From Candidatus Heimdallarchaeota archaeon (GTDB lineage Archaea > Asgardarchaeota > Heimdallarchaeia > Heimdallarchaeales > Heimdallarchaeaceae): DNA of 64,000 bases. The stretch's first letter is position 1, and every line of letters begins with the position of its first letter. Below, in pieces: positions 36,524 through 45,574 of the stretch. Both the position numbers and the translations under genes were made by a program. Below the pieces are notes generated by a model, which did no database searches, was not told the origin of the DNA, and saw only the letters and a program-made list of their open reading frames with translations. Location: the NCBI GenBank assembly GCA_030603365.1, contig JAUVXV010000006.1:110306-174305 (forward strand), read 5' to 3'.

Positions 36524-37546
36524 TTATTCTTCGCTCTTCTTCTTTGCTAGATTTTCATCCACTATTGATACTATTCTTTTCTTGAAGAGTTCTTTAGCTT
36601 TTATCTGTTCTTCTTCGGTTAGAAACTTCTCCTCTATTCTTTGAGCATATTTCTTCAAGATATTAGCTATTAACTTTTCCCTTACCTTAGCAAAGTCAGC
36701 TACCTTTGGTTCTACTGCTTCCTCTACTGGTTGTTCTATAACTTGTTCAACCACTTCTGGGGACTTTACAATCTCTTCAACTGGTTCCTCAACAACCTCT
36801 TCTGAAACTTCTTTTGCAGTCTCAAGAATCTCATAAGCACCGACTACTTTAGATTCTACTTCCACTTCTTTAACTACCTCAATCACTTCCTCAACTGGGT
36901 CCTCAACGACTTCTACTGGTTCTTCAGTTATCTCTGCAATTTCTTCTGCTGCTTCAACTTCTGCTGCTTCTTTCTCTTCTACAAGAACCTTAGCGATTAA
37001 AATACCTATTTGTGCATCAATTCTTCCAACTGCTTCATCAACTAGTTTGGCAATAGCTTTTTTTGCTAATCCCATTGCTTTTTCCTTTACAATTTCTTGA
37101 TCTGGTAGAACAGATTCAATCTTTGGACCTACAGAATGCATAATGAAATTAATGATAGGTTCTTCAATTTTATCTAGACCTAATTCTTTGATAGTCTCAA
37201 GATTTAGATTAACTGGCTCAAGTTCTACTAGTTTCAGCTTGATTTCTGCTTCTAGTTCCTCAATTTCCTTTTGTAACTTTTCTTTTTTCTCGTCCTCAGT
37301 TTCTTCATCGTCTATTTTCTTTTGTTTCTTGTCTTGTCTCCATTTGTTCTTGACCATAGTTTTGTTTTTCTTCTTGGTCAGTTCCTTCAGTTTGTCTGAA
37401 TATCTTTCTACAAAAGGAGGGATATAGTCTTCGATGAGTTTCTTTATCTCGATAACCATCTCGTCATCAACAGGATTCTTAGGAACCTCAACCTTTGGGA
37501 TATCTTTAGGAATATCTTTGGCTTTATCTTTCATTTTCTTAAACAA
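36524..37546 (-). CDS. Glu/Lys-rich coiled-coil protein
   Basis: Low-complexity EEPVEEV repeats; GAGGTG RBS upstream. Confidence 0.75.
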   Translation of the reverse strand: MFKKMKDKAKDIPKDIPKVEVPKNPVDDEMVIEIKKLIEDYIPPFVERYSDKLKELTKKKNKTMVKNKWRQDKKQKKIDDEETEDEKKEKLQKEIEELEAEIKLKLVELEPVNLNLETIKELGLDKIEEPIINFIMHSVGPKIESVLPDQEIVKEKAMGLAKKAIAKLVDEAVGRIDAQIGILIAKVLVEEKEAAEVEAAEEIAEITEEPVEVVEDPVEEVIEVVKEVEVESKVVGAYEILETAKEVSEEVVEEPVEEIVKSPEVVEQVIEQPVEEAVEPKVADFAKVREKLIANILKKYAQRIEEKFLTEEEQIKAKELFKKRIVSIVDENLAKKKSEE

Positions 37547-37731
37547 ACTTATTCACCTCTTAATTTTTCTCATGAAATTAAATTAATTATTAATCAAATA
37601 TTAAATAAGACCACCTCGATAATAACTGTTTTGGATACAATCAAATCCGAACAAAATAATATACAACTACAAGAAAATTAGATTTGAAGTGAAAAAAGAA
37701 AAAGAAAAAAGAAAGAGAAGGTTTAATCCTT

Positions 37732-38112
37732 TTATTCAATAATTATGGGTTCTTTAATTGTGGTATCCTTTTCAAAAGTTGCTAAGAAGAAATAAGTTGT
37801 CAATGTAATTGCACCTTTTGGACACACATCTTCGCACAACGCACAGAAACAACATTTTCCCAGATCCACTTGTGGATAAGTTTTGGGATATTTCTCTTTG
37901 AGCTCTGGAGGGACTTCAACCATCATTATTGCTCTATTTGGGCAAATTCTTGCACAAGCTCCACAAGATATACATTCATCTATATCTAGATGGTGCTCCC
38001 CTCGATTCCTTTCTGGAATCTCTACTACTTCCTGCGGAAACATTACAGTCATTGGCTTCTTGAAAAGGTTCTTGAAAACTTCTTTAACTGGACCTATTTT
38101 CATTTTCATCAT
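37732..38112 (-). CDS. nuoI: NuoI/MbxN-like 2x[4Fe-4S] subunit
   Basis: CISCGACARICP and CCFCALCEDVCP. Confidence 0.9.
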   Translation of the reverse strand: MMKMKIGPVKEVFKNLFKKPMTVMFPQEVVEIPERNRGEHHLDIDECISCGACARICPNRAIMMVEVPPELKEKYPKTYPQVDLGKCCFCALCEDVCPKGAITLTTYFFLATFEKDTTIKEPIIIE

Positions 38113-38113
38113 C

Positions 38114-39232
38114 TCACCTATCTACATCAGCTGGGCACTGATACAAACTCCAATAAATAGCAGGAAGATCTGCGTAGTCTACACCTGTTAACAGTCGCTC
38201 TAAAATTGGTATCATATGAGAAAATGATGGACCACGTATTTTTACTCTGTAAGGCGTTTTTTCACCAGTTGCTACCATATAGAAGGCCCCTTCACCACGA
38301 GACAGTTCATTGCGAACGTAGGTTTCACCTTTTGCTTTTCGAAATTGTACTGTTGGTTTGAGGTTAGGAGTCCTCACTTCTCCTTTTGGTAATCTGTCTA
38401 CTGCTTGAGTTATAATTTTCATGCTCTCCTCTATTTCTTCTAAACCAATACGGAATCGATGAAAAGCATCACCTTCGTCATACACTGGAATATTAAAGTC
38501 TAGCTGATCATATATCTCATAGGGGTCATCTCGTCTGACATCTGCAGCAACTCCACATCCACGTAAAATTGGACCAGTAGCTCCATACTTAATGGCTTCT
38601 TCCTTTGTTAAAACCCCGATATCCTTAAATCGTGCCATCCAAGCAAGGTTTTCTGTTGAAGCAAATTTTCTCATATAGTCTACTTTGTCTAGTACAGCTA
38701 AAATTTTCTTTTCAGCTTTTTCAGGTAAATCTTTTCTAACTCCTCCTGGACAAATGTAACCAGCTGGATATACTCTTCCACCTGTTATCATGTTGAAAAC
38801 ATCCAAGATATAATCTCTGTACCCCATAGCAACGTTGAAACCGGTCATAAATCCTGTTCCTAATGACATCACCGCATACCAAATAAAATGAGACTGAATT
38901 CTTGAGAGTTCAGCTAGAATAACTCGTATGTATTTAGCTCTTTCTGGAACATCATACTCCATCAGATTATCAACTGCTTCAGCATGAACTAAGTTCCATT
39001 GTAAAGGTTCTAAAACACACACTCTATCAGATAAAACAGAGTTCTGCATCGGATCACGGTATTCCATCAGTTTTTCAAAACCACGATGAAGGTATCCGGG
39101 ATCAGCTGTAGCTTTTAGTACTCTCTCACCACGCATTTCAACTTTAACAGAAAAGTTTCCAGACCCTGGATGAGCAGGACCAAAAAACATGGCAAAGTCG
39201 CCTACATCGTATTTCTGCTGTTTGTTGGTCAT
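38114..39232 (-). CDS. nuoD: NuoD/MbxL(MbsL)-like catalytic subunit (not a NiFe hydrogenase)
   Basis: GPAHPGSG, GYLHRGFEKL, DRVCVLE and terminal CPADVDR. Confidence 0.88.
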   Translation of the reverse strand: MTNKQQKYDVGDFAMFFGPAHPGSGNFSVKVEMRGERVLKATADPGYLHRGFEKLMEYRDPMQNSVLSDRVCVLEPLQWNLVHAEAVDNLMEYDVPERAKYIRVILAELSRIQSHFIWYAVMSLGTGFMTGFNVAMGYRDYILDVFNMITGGRVYPAGYICPGGVRKDLPEKAEKKILAVLDKVDYMRKFASTENLAWMARFKDIGVLTKEEAIKYGATGPILRGCGVAADVRRDDPYEIYDQLDFNIPVYDEGDAFHRFRIGLEEIEESMKIITQAVDRLPKGEVRTPNLKPTVQFRKAKGETYVRNELSRGEGAFYMVATGEKTPYRVKIRGPSFSHMIPILERLLTGVDYADLPAIYWSLYQCPADVDR

Positions 39233-39762
39233 TTTTTCACCTCAAAATAAGCTTTTTCTCTTGGGTTTTCCTCATCATAAAGTTCCTTCAGAGTATATTC
39301 CCGCCAATTGAAATCTTTCAGAAATGGTGGTGGTCCTTTCCAATCCTCTAGGAACAAGGGAGTAAGATTAGAATTACCCTTAAAATCTATTCCAAATAGT
39401 TCGTGGCATTCCCGTTCACATGTTTCAGCATATGTATCCCAGATGGAGTTAATAGAGGAGATGGAAGGTTTGTTTCTATCAATCTTGGTTTTAATGCTAA
39501 GTAAGGAATTATATTTGTAAGACCAAAGATGATATACTAGTTCAAACCTTCCTTCCTCTAACCAATCTACTGCAGAAATAGTAGAAAGGTGTTCAAATCC
39601 CATCTGTTGTGCTTTCAGACAAGTGTCAACTACTTTTGATGAGTCAATTGTAACCCATAGTCTACGATCAGTCTTGAGTACAACAGAAGCGTCAAGTTCA
39701 GAGCTCAATTTCTCCACAATATCGGTCTTTTTTTCTTGTTCTATCGCTGTCATTTTTCTCAC
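39229..39762 (-). CDS. nuoC: NuoC/MbxK-like subunit
   Basis: ERECHELFGIDFKGN, FLEDWKGPPPFLKDF. Confidence 0.9.
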   Translation of the reverse strand: MRKMTAIEQEKKTDIVEKLSSELDASVVLKTDRRLWVTIDSSKVVDTCLKAQQMGFEHLSTISAVDWLEEGRFELVYHLWSYKYNSLLSIKTKIDRNKPSISSINSIWDTYAETCERECHELFGIDFKGNSNLTPLFLEDWKGPPPFLKDFNWREYTLKELYDEENPREKAYFEVKK

Positions 39763-40244
39763 TTATCCGGAAGTTCTTCTACATGCTCAAAAACTTTAAA
39801 AACCGCATCATAAATCGCCTCAGGTCTTGGAGGACACCCTGGAATGTACATAAAGACGGGTAAATAGTCCTCTAGCCTTTTAATTGTATTATAAGAATCC
39901 CAATACATTCCTCCGGTTATAGTGCATGAACCCAATGCAAAAACAAATTTTGGATTACCCATCTGTTCATAAATTTGTTGAGCTCTTTTGATCGATTTAG
40001 GAGTCTGATATCCTGCTATAAACAAGGCATCAGCTTTCCTTGGAGAGTTTACTGCTTTCATTCCAAAACGTTCCATATCCCATCTGGATCCTACAACTGG
40101 ACATAGTTCAGTAAAACCACAAGAATTGAACCAGTTAAAGACCCAAACGGCCCTAACAAATTTTCTCATTACCTTCTTCTTAGTTATCATGCAATCACTT
40201 GCTTTGAATAAAAACCTATTGAGAACTAGCGTTATTTTTCTCAA
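39759..40244 (-). CDS. nuoB: NuoB/MbxJ-like subunit
   Basis: RWDMERFG, SPRKAD, GSCTITGGMYWDSY, YIPGCPPRPE. The start is uncertain (possibly ~40190). Confidence 0.88.
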   Translation of the reverse strand: MRKITLVLNRFLFKASDCMITKKKVMRKFVRAVWVFNWFNSCGFTELCPVVGSRWDMERFGMKAVNSPRKADALFIAGYQTPKSIKRAQQIYEQMGNPKFVFALGSCTITGGMYWDSYNTIKRLEDYLPVFMYIPGCPPRPEAIYDAVFKVFEHVEELPDK

Positions 40245-40493
40245 TAAATGTTTAAAAAATCTCTATTCAACATATAATTATATGGGTCAAATCATATACC
40301 AAAAACGATAAGTATAAGCCCCCAGTGATAAATATAGAAGAATGATGATAACTATAAATATCAGCTTTTAATTATAGTCGACCGTCTAGTTGTATGAATA
40401 ATTATTCATAGAATATTTCTAATAGTGGACCCATATATATGTAAAACAGTAAAGTTTTTACTATTTAGATATAGAAATAGAAAGGTGACAAGT

Positions 40494-40679
40494 TTGAGTT
40501 CTAATTACGACAAAGAAAGACCTGTTAGGGGTAATGGACAACAGATAGGAAGGCCTGGTTTAGGACCTAATGGAATGTGCAAATGTTCTTCTTGCAAGCA
40601 CACAATTCCGCACCAGAGAGGCACTCCATGCACTAAAAATCCATGCCCTAAATGTGGTGCAATAATGTATAGAGAATGA
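40494..40679 (+). CDS. Small Cys-rich metal-binding protein (GPxGxCxCxxC...HxRGxPC..CPKCG family)
   Basis: GPNGMCKCSSCKHTIPHQRGTPCTKNPCPKCG; AAGGTGA RBS before the TTG at 40494. Confidence 0.7.
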   Translation: MSSNYDKERPVRGNGQQIGRPGLGPNGMCKCSSCKHTIPHQRGTPCTKNPCPKCGAIMYRE

Positions 40680-40828
40680 TATCGCTTTTGATCTGAGTAT
40701 CTTCTCTAAACAAATTTAAATCCATGAAATCGAAGTGAAATGTTTTGGAATTGTTATTAATCCTTCTAACCATAGGTTTTAAGCCTTTAGGCAAAAAATA
40801 GATATACAACTTCAGATTAATATAATTC

Positions 40829-41776
40829 ATGCACATAGGTTTACACATAGGTAAATTTCACTGGCCTGGAAGTCCAGAGAATATTTCGGATAAGCTTAAA
40901 GAAATTGCTAAAGTAGCTGATGAAGCTGGTTTCTATAGTATCTGGGTTATGGATCATGTTTTTCAATTAGGTGCTCAATTTGGTTCAGTCCATGGTCCTG
41001 AAGAAGAAGAGATGTTAGAAGCTTATTCAACTATTGCTTACTTAGCTGGTGTTACCAAGAAAATCAAAGTGGGTGTACAAGTAAGTTGTAATTTCTTTAG
41101 GAATCCTGCCCTTCTTATCAAGATGATGACAACTATTGATGTTCTATCTAAGGGAAGAACATATTTTGGTATAGGTGCAGGTTGGTTTGAAAGAGAAACA
41201 GTAGGATATGGTTATGATTTTCCGTCTTTAAAAGAGCGTTTTGAAAGGCTAGAAGAGATACTAAAAATAGCCAAACACATGTGGTCTGGAAACACAGACC
41301 CTTTTGAAGGAAAGTATTTCAGTCTCAAAGAACCTTTAAACAATCCTCCCCCAGTTAGTAAACCTCATCCCCCTATTTTAATTGGAGGATCAGGAGAGAA
41401 GAAAACTCTAAGATTTGTTGCTAAGTATGCTGATGCTTGTAATATTGTTCTTGGTACTACCATTAAGAATGCAGGACGTTTAACTGGAGAGGATATAACA
41501 TGGGAGAGTAATGTGGAACGCTTAAAGCACAAATATGCTGTTCTCAAACAACACTGTGAAGATGTAGGAAGACCATATGATGAGATAGAAAAAACTGTTA
41601 CTACTTACATTCAAATATCTCCTGATGCAATGACTGCTCAAGATGTTATTGAAATATGCAAGAAATTGAATGATGCTGGATGTGAGCACGTTGTCTTTAA
41701 TATGCCTAATGTTCATGAGATAAAGCCGCTCAAAATAATGGGCAAAGAAGTCATTCCAAAGGTGCTGAATCTTTAA
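40829..41776 (+). CDS. LLM-class F420-dependent oxidoreductase
   Basis: IWVMDHVFQ, RNPALLIK, GIGAGWFERE, PPILIGGSGEKKTLRFVAKYADACN. Confidence 0.9.
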   Translation: MHIGLHIGKFHWPGSPENISDKLKEIAKVADEAGFYSIWVMDHVFQLGAQFGSVHGPEEEEMLEAYSTIAYLAGVTKKIKVGVQVSCNFFRNPALLIKMMTTIDVLSKGRTYFGIGAGWFERETVGYGYDFPSLKERFERLEEILKIAKHMWSGNTDPFEGKYFSLKEPLNNPPPVSKPHPPILIGGSGEKKTLRFVAKYADACNIVLGTTIKNAGRLTGEDITWESNVERLKHKYAVLKQHCEDVGRPYDEIEKTVTTYIQISPDAMTAQDVIEICKKLNDAGCEHVVFNMPNVHEIKPLKIMGKEVIPKVLNL

Positions 41777-41806
41777 GATAGATTTTAATCATTTAGAAGA
41801 AAACTT

Positions 41807-42289
41807 CTATTTCTTCTTCTTTGAATGAATCTCTTTTTCTTTCTTTCTCAAGAAAGCTAACGATATCATTGTTCTATGATTACTAATATTGGTCACAACA
41901 GACCAAGCGTTGTGAACACCTTTAGCTTTAATTCTATTTGGTAATCCTTCTACAGTGAAATTGGCGTAGATTGCTGGTATCCCCTCCCCTGGATATTCAC
42001 ACATATCTAAATATTCATCTTCTTGAATTAATCGAATTTCTGAGAGAAGGTCTCCTGTTTTGTCAAAATCATCTGCTGCAACAAATTCAGCATAGGGGTA
42101 ACCATCAATAAAAACGACTATTCTCTTTCTGTTCAAACCATATGTTTCTCTTTCTGTGTGACCAATCTCAACATCATGCTTTCCACTATCATCTAGTGCA
42201 ATATATTGGATTAAAGTATAGTTCTCTTTATGGTCAAACCATTGATATTCGAAATTCTCCTTAACACCTAAAAAGCTTATAATTTTCAT
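41807..42289 (-). CDS. Hypothetical protein
   Basis: 160-aa ORF with GGTGA RBS. Confidence 0.7.
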   Translation of the reverse strand: MKIISFLGVKENFEYQWFDHKENYTLIQYIALDDSGKHDVEIGHTERETYGLNRKRIVVFIDGYPYAEFVAADDFDKTGDLLSEIRLIQEDEYLDMCEYPGEGIPAIYANFTVEGLPNRIKAKGVHNAWSVVTNISNHRTMISLAFLRKKEKEIHSKKKK

Positions 42290-42490
42290 TTTTTCACCAT
42301 TTAATACTAAACATTAGAATCTAATACTTAAAATTCTTTGGAATAACGGAACTGAAGAAGATTTTTCCTTGAAGGAAAAAAATCTAGAAATGAAACGTAC
42401 TTCAACTATCAATCTAATTTCTGCCCACACACGTTATGAAACTTGGTTAAACTTGCCAGAAGGCGTATAACCGTCGTTTAAGTGGATCCC

Positions 42491-44521
42491 CTACACGTGT
42501 GTTGAGGGGAAGAGATCGTAAGGAAGGGATGTACCTTGGAGGGAAGCGATGTTTAATGCAGCATTCTTATGAGTATTAACTTGTTGACCGCATTTAGTAC
42601 AAGGAGCAACATCATGATGGTGTTTATCACGAGCAATTGTTCCTCCACAACCATAATGCTTGGAACTGGTATGATAAGGGGGAACAGCTTCTAATTCCAC
42701 ATCAAAACCTAACTCTAGAGAAGCTAACCAGACAGCTTTCTTGTAAATGTACAAACTGTCTGGCATGGTGTAAATAGCTTTAGCTAACGCTCCTTTAGTA
42801 CCTGCAGGGTCAGTAGTTAGTTCTTCAATCTTTAGAGTTTGACACTGCTTCTTCACCATTACTGCAGCTAAGAAGTGTGGGAGAAGACGGGTGATCTCAC
42901 GGAGGAGACGGTGACGACGTCTATACACTCGGTTGAGCTCACCTTTGAGCTTGCAACTACCAAGATTGTCGTAAGTTTTACGTTTGCGAAGGTAACCACG
43001 ATTGAGCTCGTCTAGAACTTTCTTATCTAGACGTTTGTAACGCTTAGCTAGAAGCAGTAAGTCTGGGAGTAAAGGCACAGGGGTGTTAAACACCACCATA
43101 AACTCTCCCAAACGGTTGATATCTACACCTAGCACTTTCTTCCTCCCTCCTGGAATTGTGGGGAGATAACTGTGGAGAAGGGTAGAGGAGCGGAAACAGT
43201 TATGGGTGCCTTCTAGCACTACATCTACTCGAGGTTTGAACCTAGGAGCTCCTCCACTACTCACTTGGAAAACCTTAATTTCTGCACCGTTCTGGATATA
43301 TTCCACCACTTTTGGAGGAAACAGCACTTGAGCGGTGAGTCTCTTCTTTCCCATTTGTGGGAATCCTAAAGTGGTTCTTCCTTGCTTCTTTACTTGTCTG
43401 GTCAATTCGCTTGCATTCCCTTGTCGGGTGATAACATACTCTCTTTTCATTAACAATTTTATCGGTAATCTTCCTTGCTTTTTACGTTTAAATGGTAAGG
43501 GAACAAGCCTGTCTACAGGTAAACCTTGTAGTAACTGAGGGACACTCTGCATGAATTGGTCAAAGAGTGTGAAAACCACTATCTGCCTGACAGCAGAAAA
43601 GAGTTTTCGAGTAGGTTTGCCTATGATTTTGGCTAGTTCCTTGGATAATTTTTTGAGACTTTTCCAACGAGAGGATTGATAACTATTGATCCATGAGGTG
43701 AGGAAAGGTACAACGATCTGTTGTTCTTGTTTGAGGAGATGGAGTTTATTTAGAAATGCTTGTTGGTTCTTCGAGAGGGTAGGTAACTGTGCGAACGTGG
43801 TGGTTTGGTAAGCTAGAGTATCGTCGATTCCTTGCACAACATCTTGTTGGGTGTAAGTAGGTAAAGCTCCGTTATACACCAAACTGTTGGAGAAATAGTA
43901 AGCTCTTTTTTTCTTTCTACTATACGAATCCAGTTGCAGTCTAGAGTTTGCTAACAGATTAACAACGTACCTTCTTTGCAGCTTCCAGTATTTTCCCAAA
44001 CTGTTTTCAGTATAGGGTGAACGACCAAAAATTATCCACTCCACTAATTGTTGAGGGTTCTTCTGCAGAAAGTTTAACATCCCTTGCACTTTCTTTTCTT
44101 TATCTACTTTCCCTTTCACTGCTATCTGGAGCCAGTGGTAAGCACTTTCAGCTATGTTAGGATTCTTGCCTACCGCTTTCCCTACTTGACGCACAAAGAA
44201 CCGTTCTTTAGGATTAGCGCGATAGAGCTCAACTGCTTGCTTAACCACATCTTGGGTAAGGAGGTGGTGTTGTCTCTCTTCTAACCTTCGTATGCGTTGG
44301 TTGATTTCTTCTCGTTGGACGGGTGAGTCACACTTCAACGCCACCTGGTAACTCCTCATCACTGTATCTAGTACAATCGGATGAGAGATCTGGGAGGTGC
44401 TAGTTGCTTGTGTGCCCATCTGTTTCATAAATATAATGAGAAGATTGGTATTTAAACCCGGGAAAATCTCACTGGTTTGGTGGTGCTTTTCCTCTCCGTT
44501 GTCGGTGTAATCTCCCAGCAA
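42491..44521 (-). CDS. tnpB: Oversized TnpB/Cas12f-like RuvC protein
   Basis: RuvC-I LGVDIN, RuvC-II LKIEEL, VPPYHTSS, Zn finger HYGC..CTKC, RuvC-III NTHKNAALNI. Likely start is ATG 44428 or 44359. Confidence 0.8.
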   Translation of the reverse strand: MLGDYTDNGEEKHHQTSEIFPGLNTNLLIIFMKQMGTQATSTSQISHPIVLDTVMRSYQVALKCDSPVQREEINQRIRRLEERQHHLLTQDVVKQAVELYRANPKERFFVRQVGKAVGKNPNIAESAYHWLQIAVKGKVDKEKKVQGMLNFLQKNPQQLVEWIIFGRSPYTENSLGKYWKLQRRYVVNLLANSRLQLDSYSRKKKRAYYFSNSLVYNGALPTYTQQDVVQGIDDTLAYQTTTFAQLPTLSKNQQAFLNKLHLLKQEQQIVVPFLTSWINSYQSSRWKSLKKLSKELAKIIGKPTRKLFSAVRQIVVFTLFDQFMQSVPQLLQGLPVDRLVPLPFKRKKQGRLPIKLLMKREYVITRQGNASELTRQVKKQGRTTLGFPQMGKKRLTAQVLFPPKVVEYIQNGAEIKVFQVSSGGAPRFKPRVDVVLEGTHNCFRSSTLLHSYLPTIPGGRKKVLGVDINRLGEFMVVFNTPVPLLPDLLLLAKRYKRLDKKVLDELNRGYLRKRKTYDNLGSCKLKGELNRVYRRRHRLLREITRLLPHFLAAVMVKKQCQTLKIEELTTDPAGTKGALAKAIYTMPDSLYIYKKAVWLASLELGFDVELEAVPPYHTSSKHYGCGGTIARDKHHHDVAPCTKCGQQVNTHKNAALNIASLQGTSLPYDLFPSTHV

Positions 44522-45062
44522 AGGAGGTCACGAGAGCTATCATGTCTTCCACCAGTTTGCTCTTTGCTGCTTGTTCCTTTGGTCTGTATAGCGAGATCAC
44601 CTTTGTTTCAAATGTTTGACAAAACTGGTTAATCACTTTCGTTCCAAACCTTGCTATCCGGTCTTCATAAGTGCAGATAACCGCGTAAGGGTGTGTGGTT
44701 GCTACTGCCTTCAGTAATGAGTGTAACCCTTTTTCCTGGTCATTCATCCCCGAAGCAATGTCAGTAAAGATCTTCCCTACTTTCCACCCTTGTTGTTTTG
44801 CAAAAGTTCGTAAGTGTGCTTGTTGGGTCACTAATTCCTTCTTCTGTTTTGCTCCACTCACTCGTGCATAACCCAACACCACTTGCTTGTGCCGAGGGTC
44901 ATTTTGTTCCTGTTCTTCTCCTAGCATTTGTGCGAGTTTATATCTTCTATGCCCTCCCTTAGTTCTCCCAAAAGGTAATAGTTTCTCTTCTTTTTCCCAC
45001 CTTCTCAATGTGCTAGCTGACACTCCTTGTATGGTTGCTGTTATACCTATTCTTACTAACAT
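44469..45062 (-). CDS. tnpA: IS607 TnpA serine recombinase with MerR-like HTH
   Basis: GVSASTLRRWE, RTKGGHRRY, YARVS, DIASGM, DRIARFG, LVEDMIALVTSFAGRL. Confidence 0.93.
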   Translation of the reverse strand: MLVRIGITATIQGVSASTLRRWEKEEKLLPFGRTKGGHRRYKLAQMLGEEQEQNDPRHKQVVLGYARVSGAKQKKELVTQQAHLRTFAKQQGWKVGKIFTDIASGMNDQEKGLHSLLKAVATTHPYAVICTYEDRIARFGTKVINQFCQTFETKVISLYRPKEQAAKSKLVEDMIALVTSFAGRLHRQRRGKAPPNQ

Positions 45063-45171
45063 ACTTGTGTTTTTGTTGTTTATTCAGATAATGTTTGTGC
45101 TTTTCTGGCAAGATTGAGTAGATTTTCACTCAGCAGTTGGTCACAGTAATTGCAAAATATTGCTTTATCAC

Positions 45172-45486
45172 TTATTTTCTTGATGAATTTCTTTGTGGGA
45201 TGAAATCTCTTTGTTCTATCTCTTGAGTGCTGTCATGATAGGCTCTATAATCTTTGTCTGTTCTAATTTCATGACTCCTAGAAAGTTTATTTATTCGTGA
45301 TCTTGGAATCAGCATAATACCGGATAAGACTAGAACAACAGCACCTCCCACTATTGCGACCAATACCCAGGGGAAAGATTCATCAAAAAGGCCACTTTGA
45401 AAAGCGAAATAGAATCCTAGCCCTAACAGCAAAATTAAACCAGCTGAAACACCTTTGATTATGTTCGTTTGTCTGTTATTGTTCAT
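45172..45486 (-). CDS. Two-TM membrane protein, probably truncated (frameshift plus IS607 insertion in its C-terminal CxxC)
   Basis: Two hydrophobic helices; the -1 frame continues ISDKAIFCNYC up to the IS end. Confidence 0.6.
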   Translation of the reverse strand: MNNNRQTNIIKGVSAGLILLLGLGFYFAFQSGLFDESFPWVLVAIVGGAVVLVLSGIMLIPRSRINKLSRSHEIRTDKDYRAYHDSTQEIEQRDFIPQRNSSRK

Positions 45487-45574
45487 GCCTAATTACTTAG
45501 AGTTTGGACACTTATAATCCTTCATTTGTTTCATTACCAGTTTATAGAATTCTTGACAATTTGCATATTGAGTC

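Larger units (their letters stand above)
42426..45145 (-). mobile_element. IS607-family insertion sequence (tnpA + tnpB)
   Basis: Visibly GC-richer block; CACA core at both ends (42426-42429, 45142-45145); subterminal inverted TTCTGGCAAG at 42452-42461 and 45103-45112. Confidence 0.85.

Noticed and set aside
38114-39232. Group 4 NiFe hydrogenase large subunit
   Set aside because: Only two of the four Ni-ligating Cys residues are present.
40745-40773. TTGGA-N19-ACCAT resembling the island dyad (also a half-site at 2482-2486 and ACCAT at 50950)
   Set aside because: One arm is mismatched or missing and/or there is no TATA at the expected distance, so these were not counted.
42491-44521. Calling the large TnpB a Fanzor or Cas12 effector
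   Set aside because: It lacks the DPG RuvC-I and rearranged Glu of Fanzor-type proteins, has no CRISPR array, and sits in an intact IS607.
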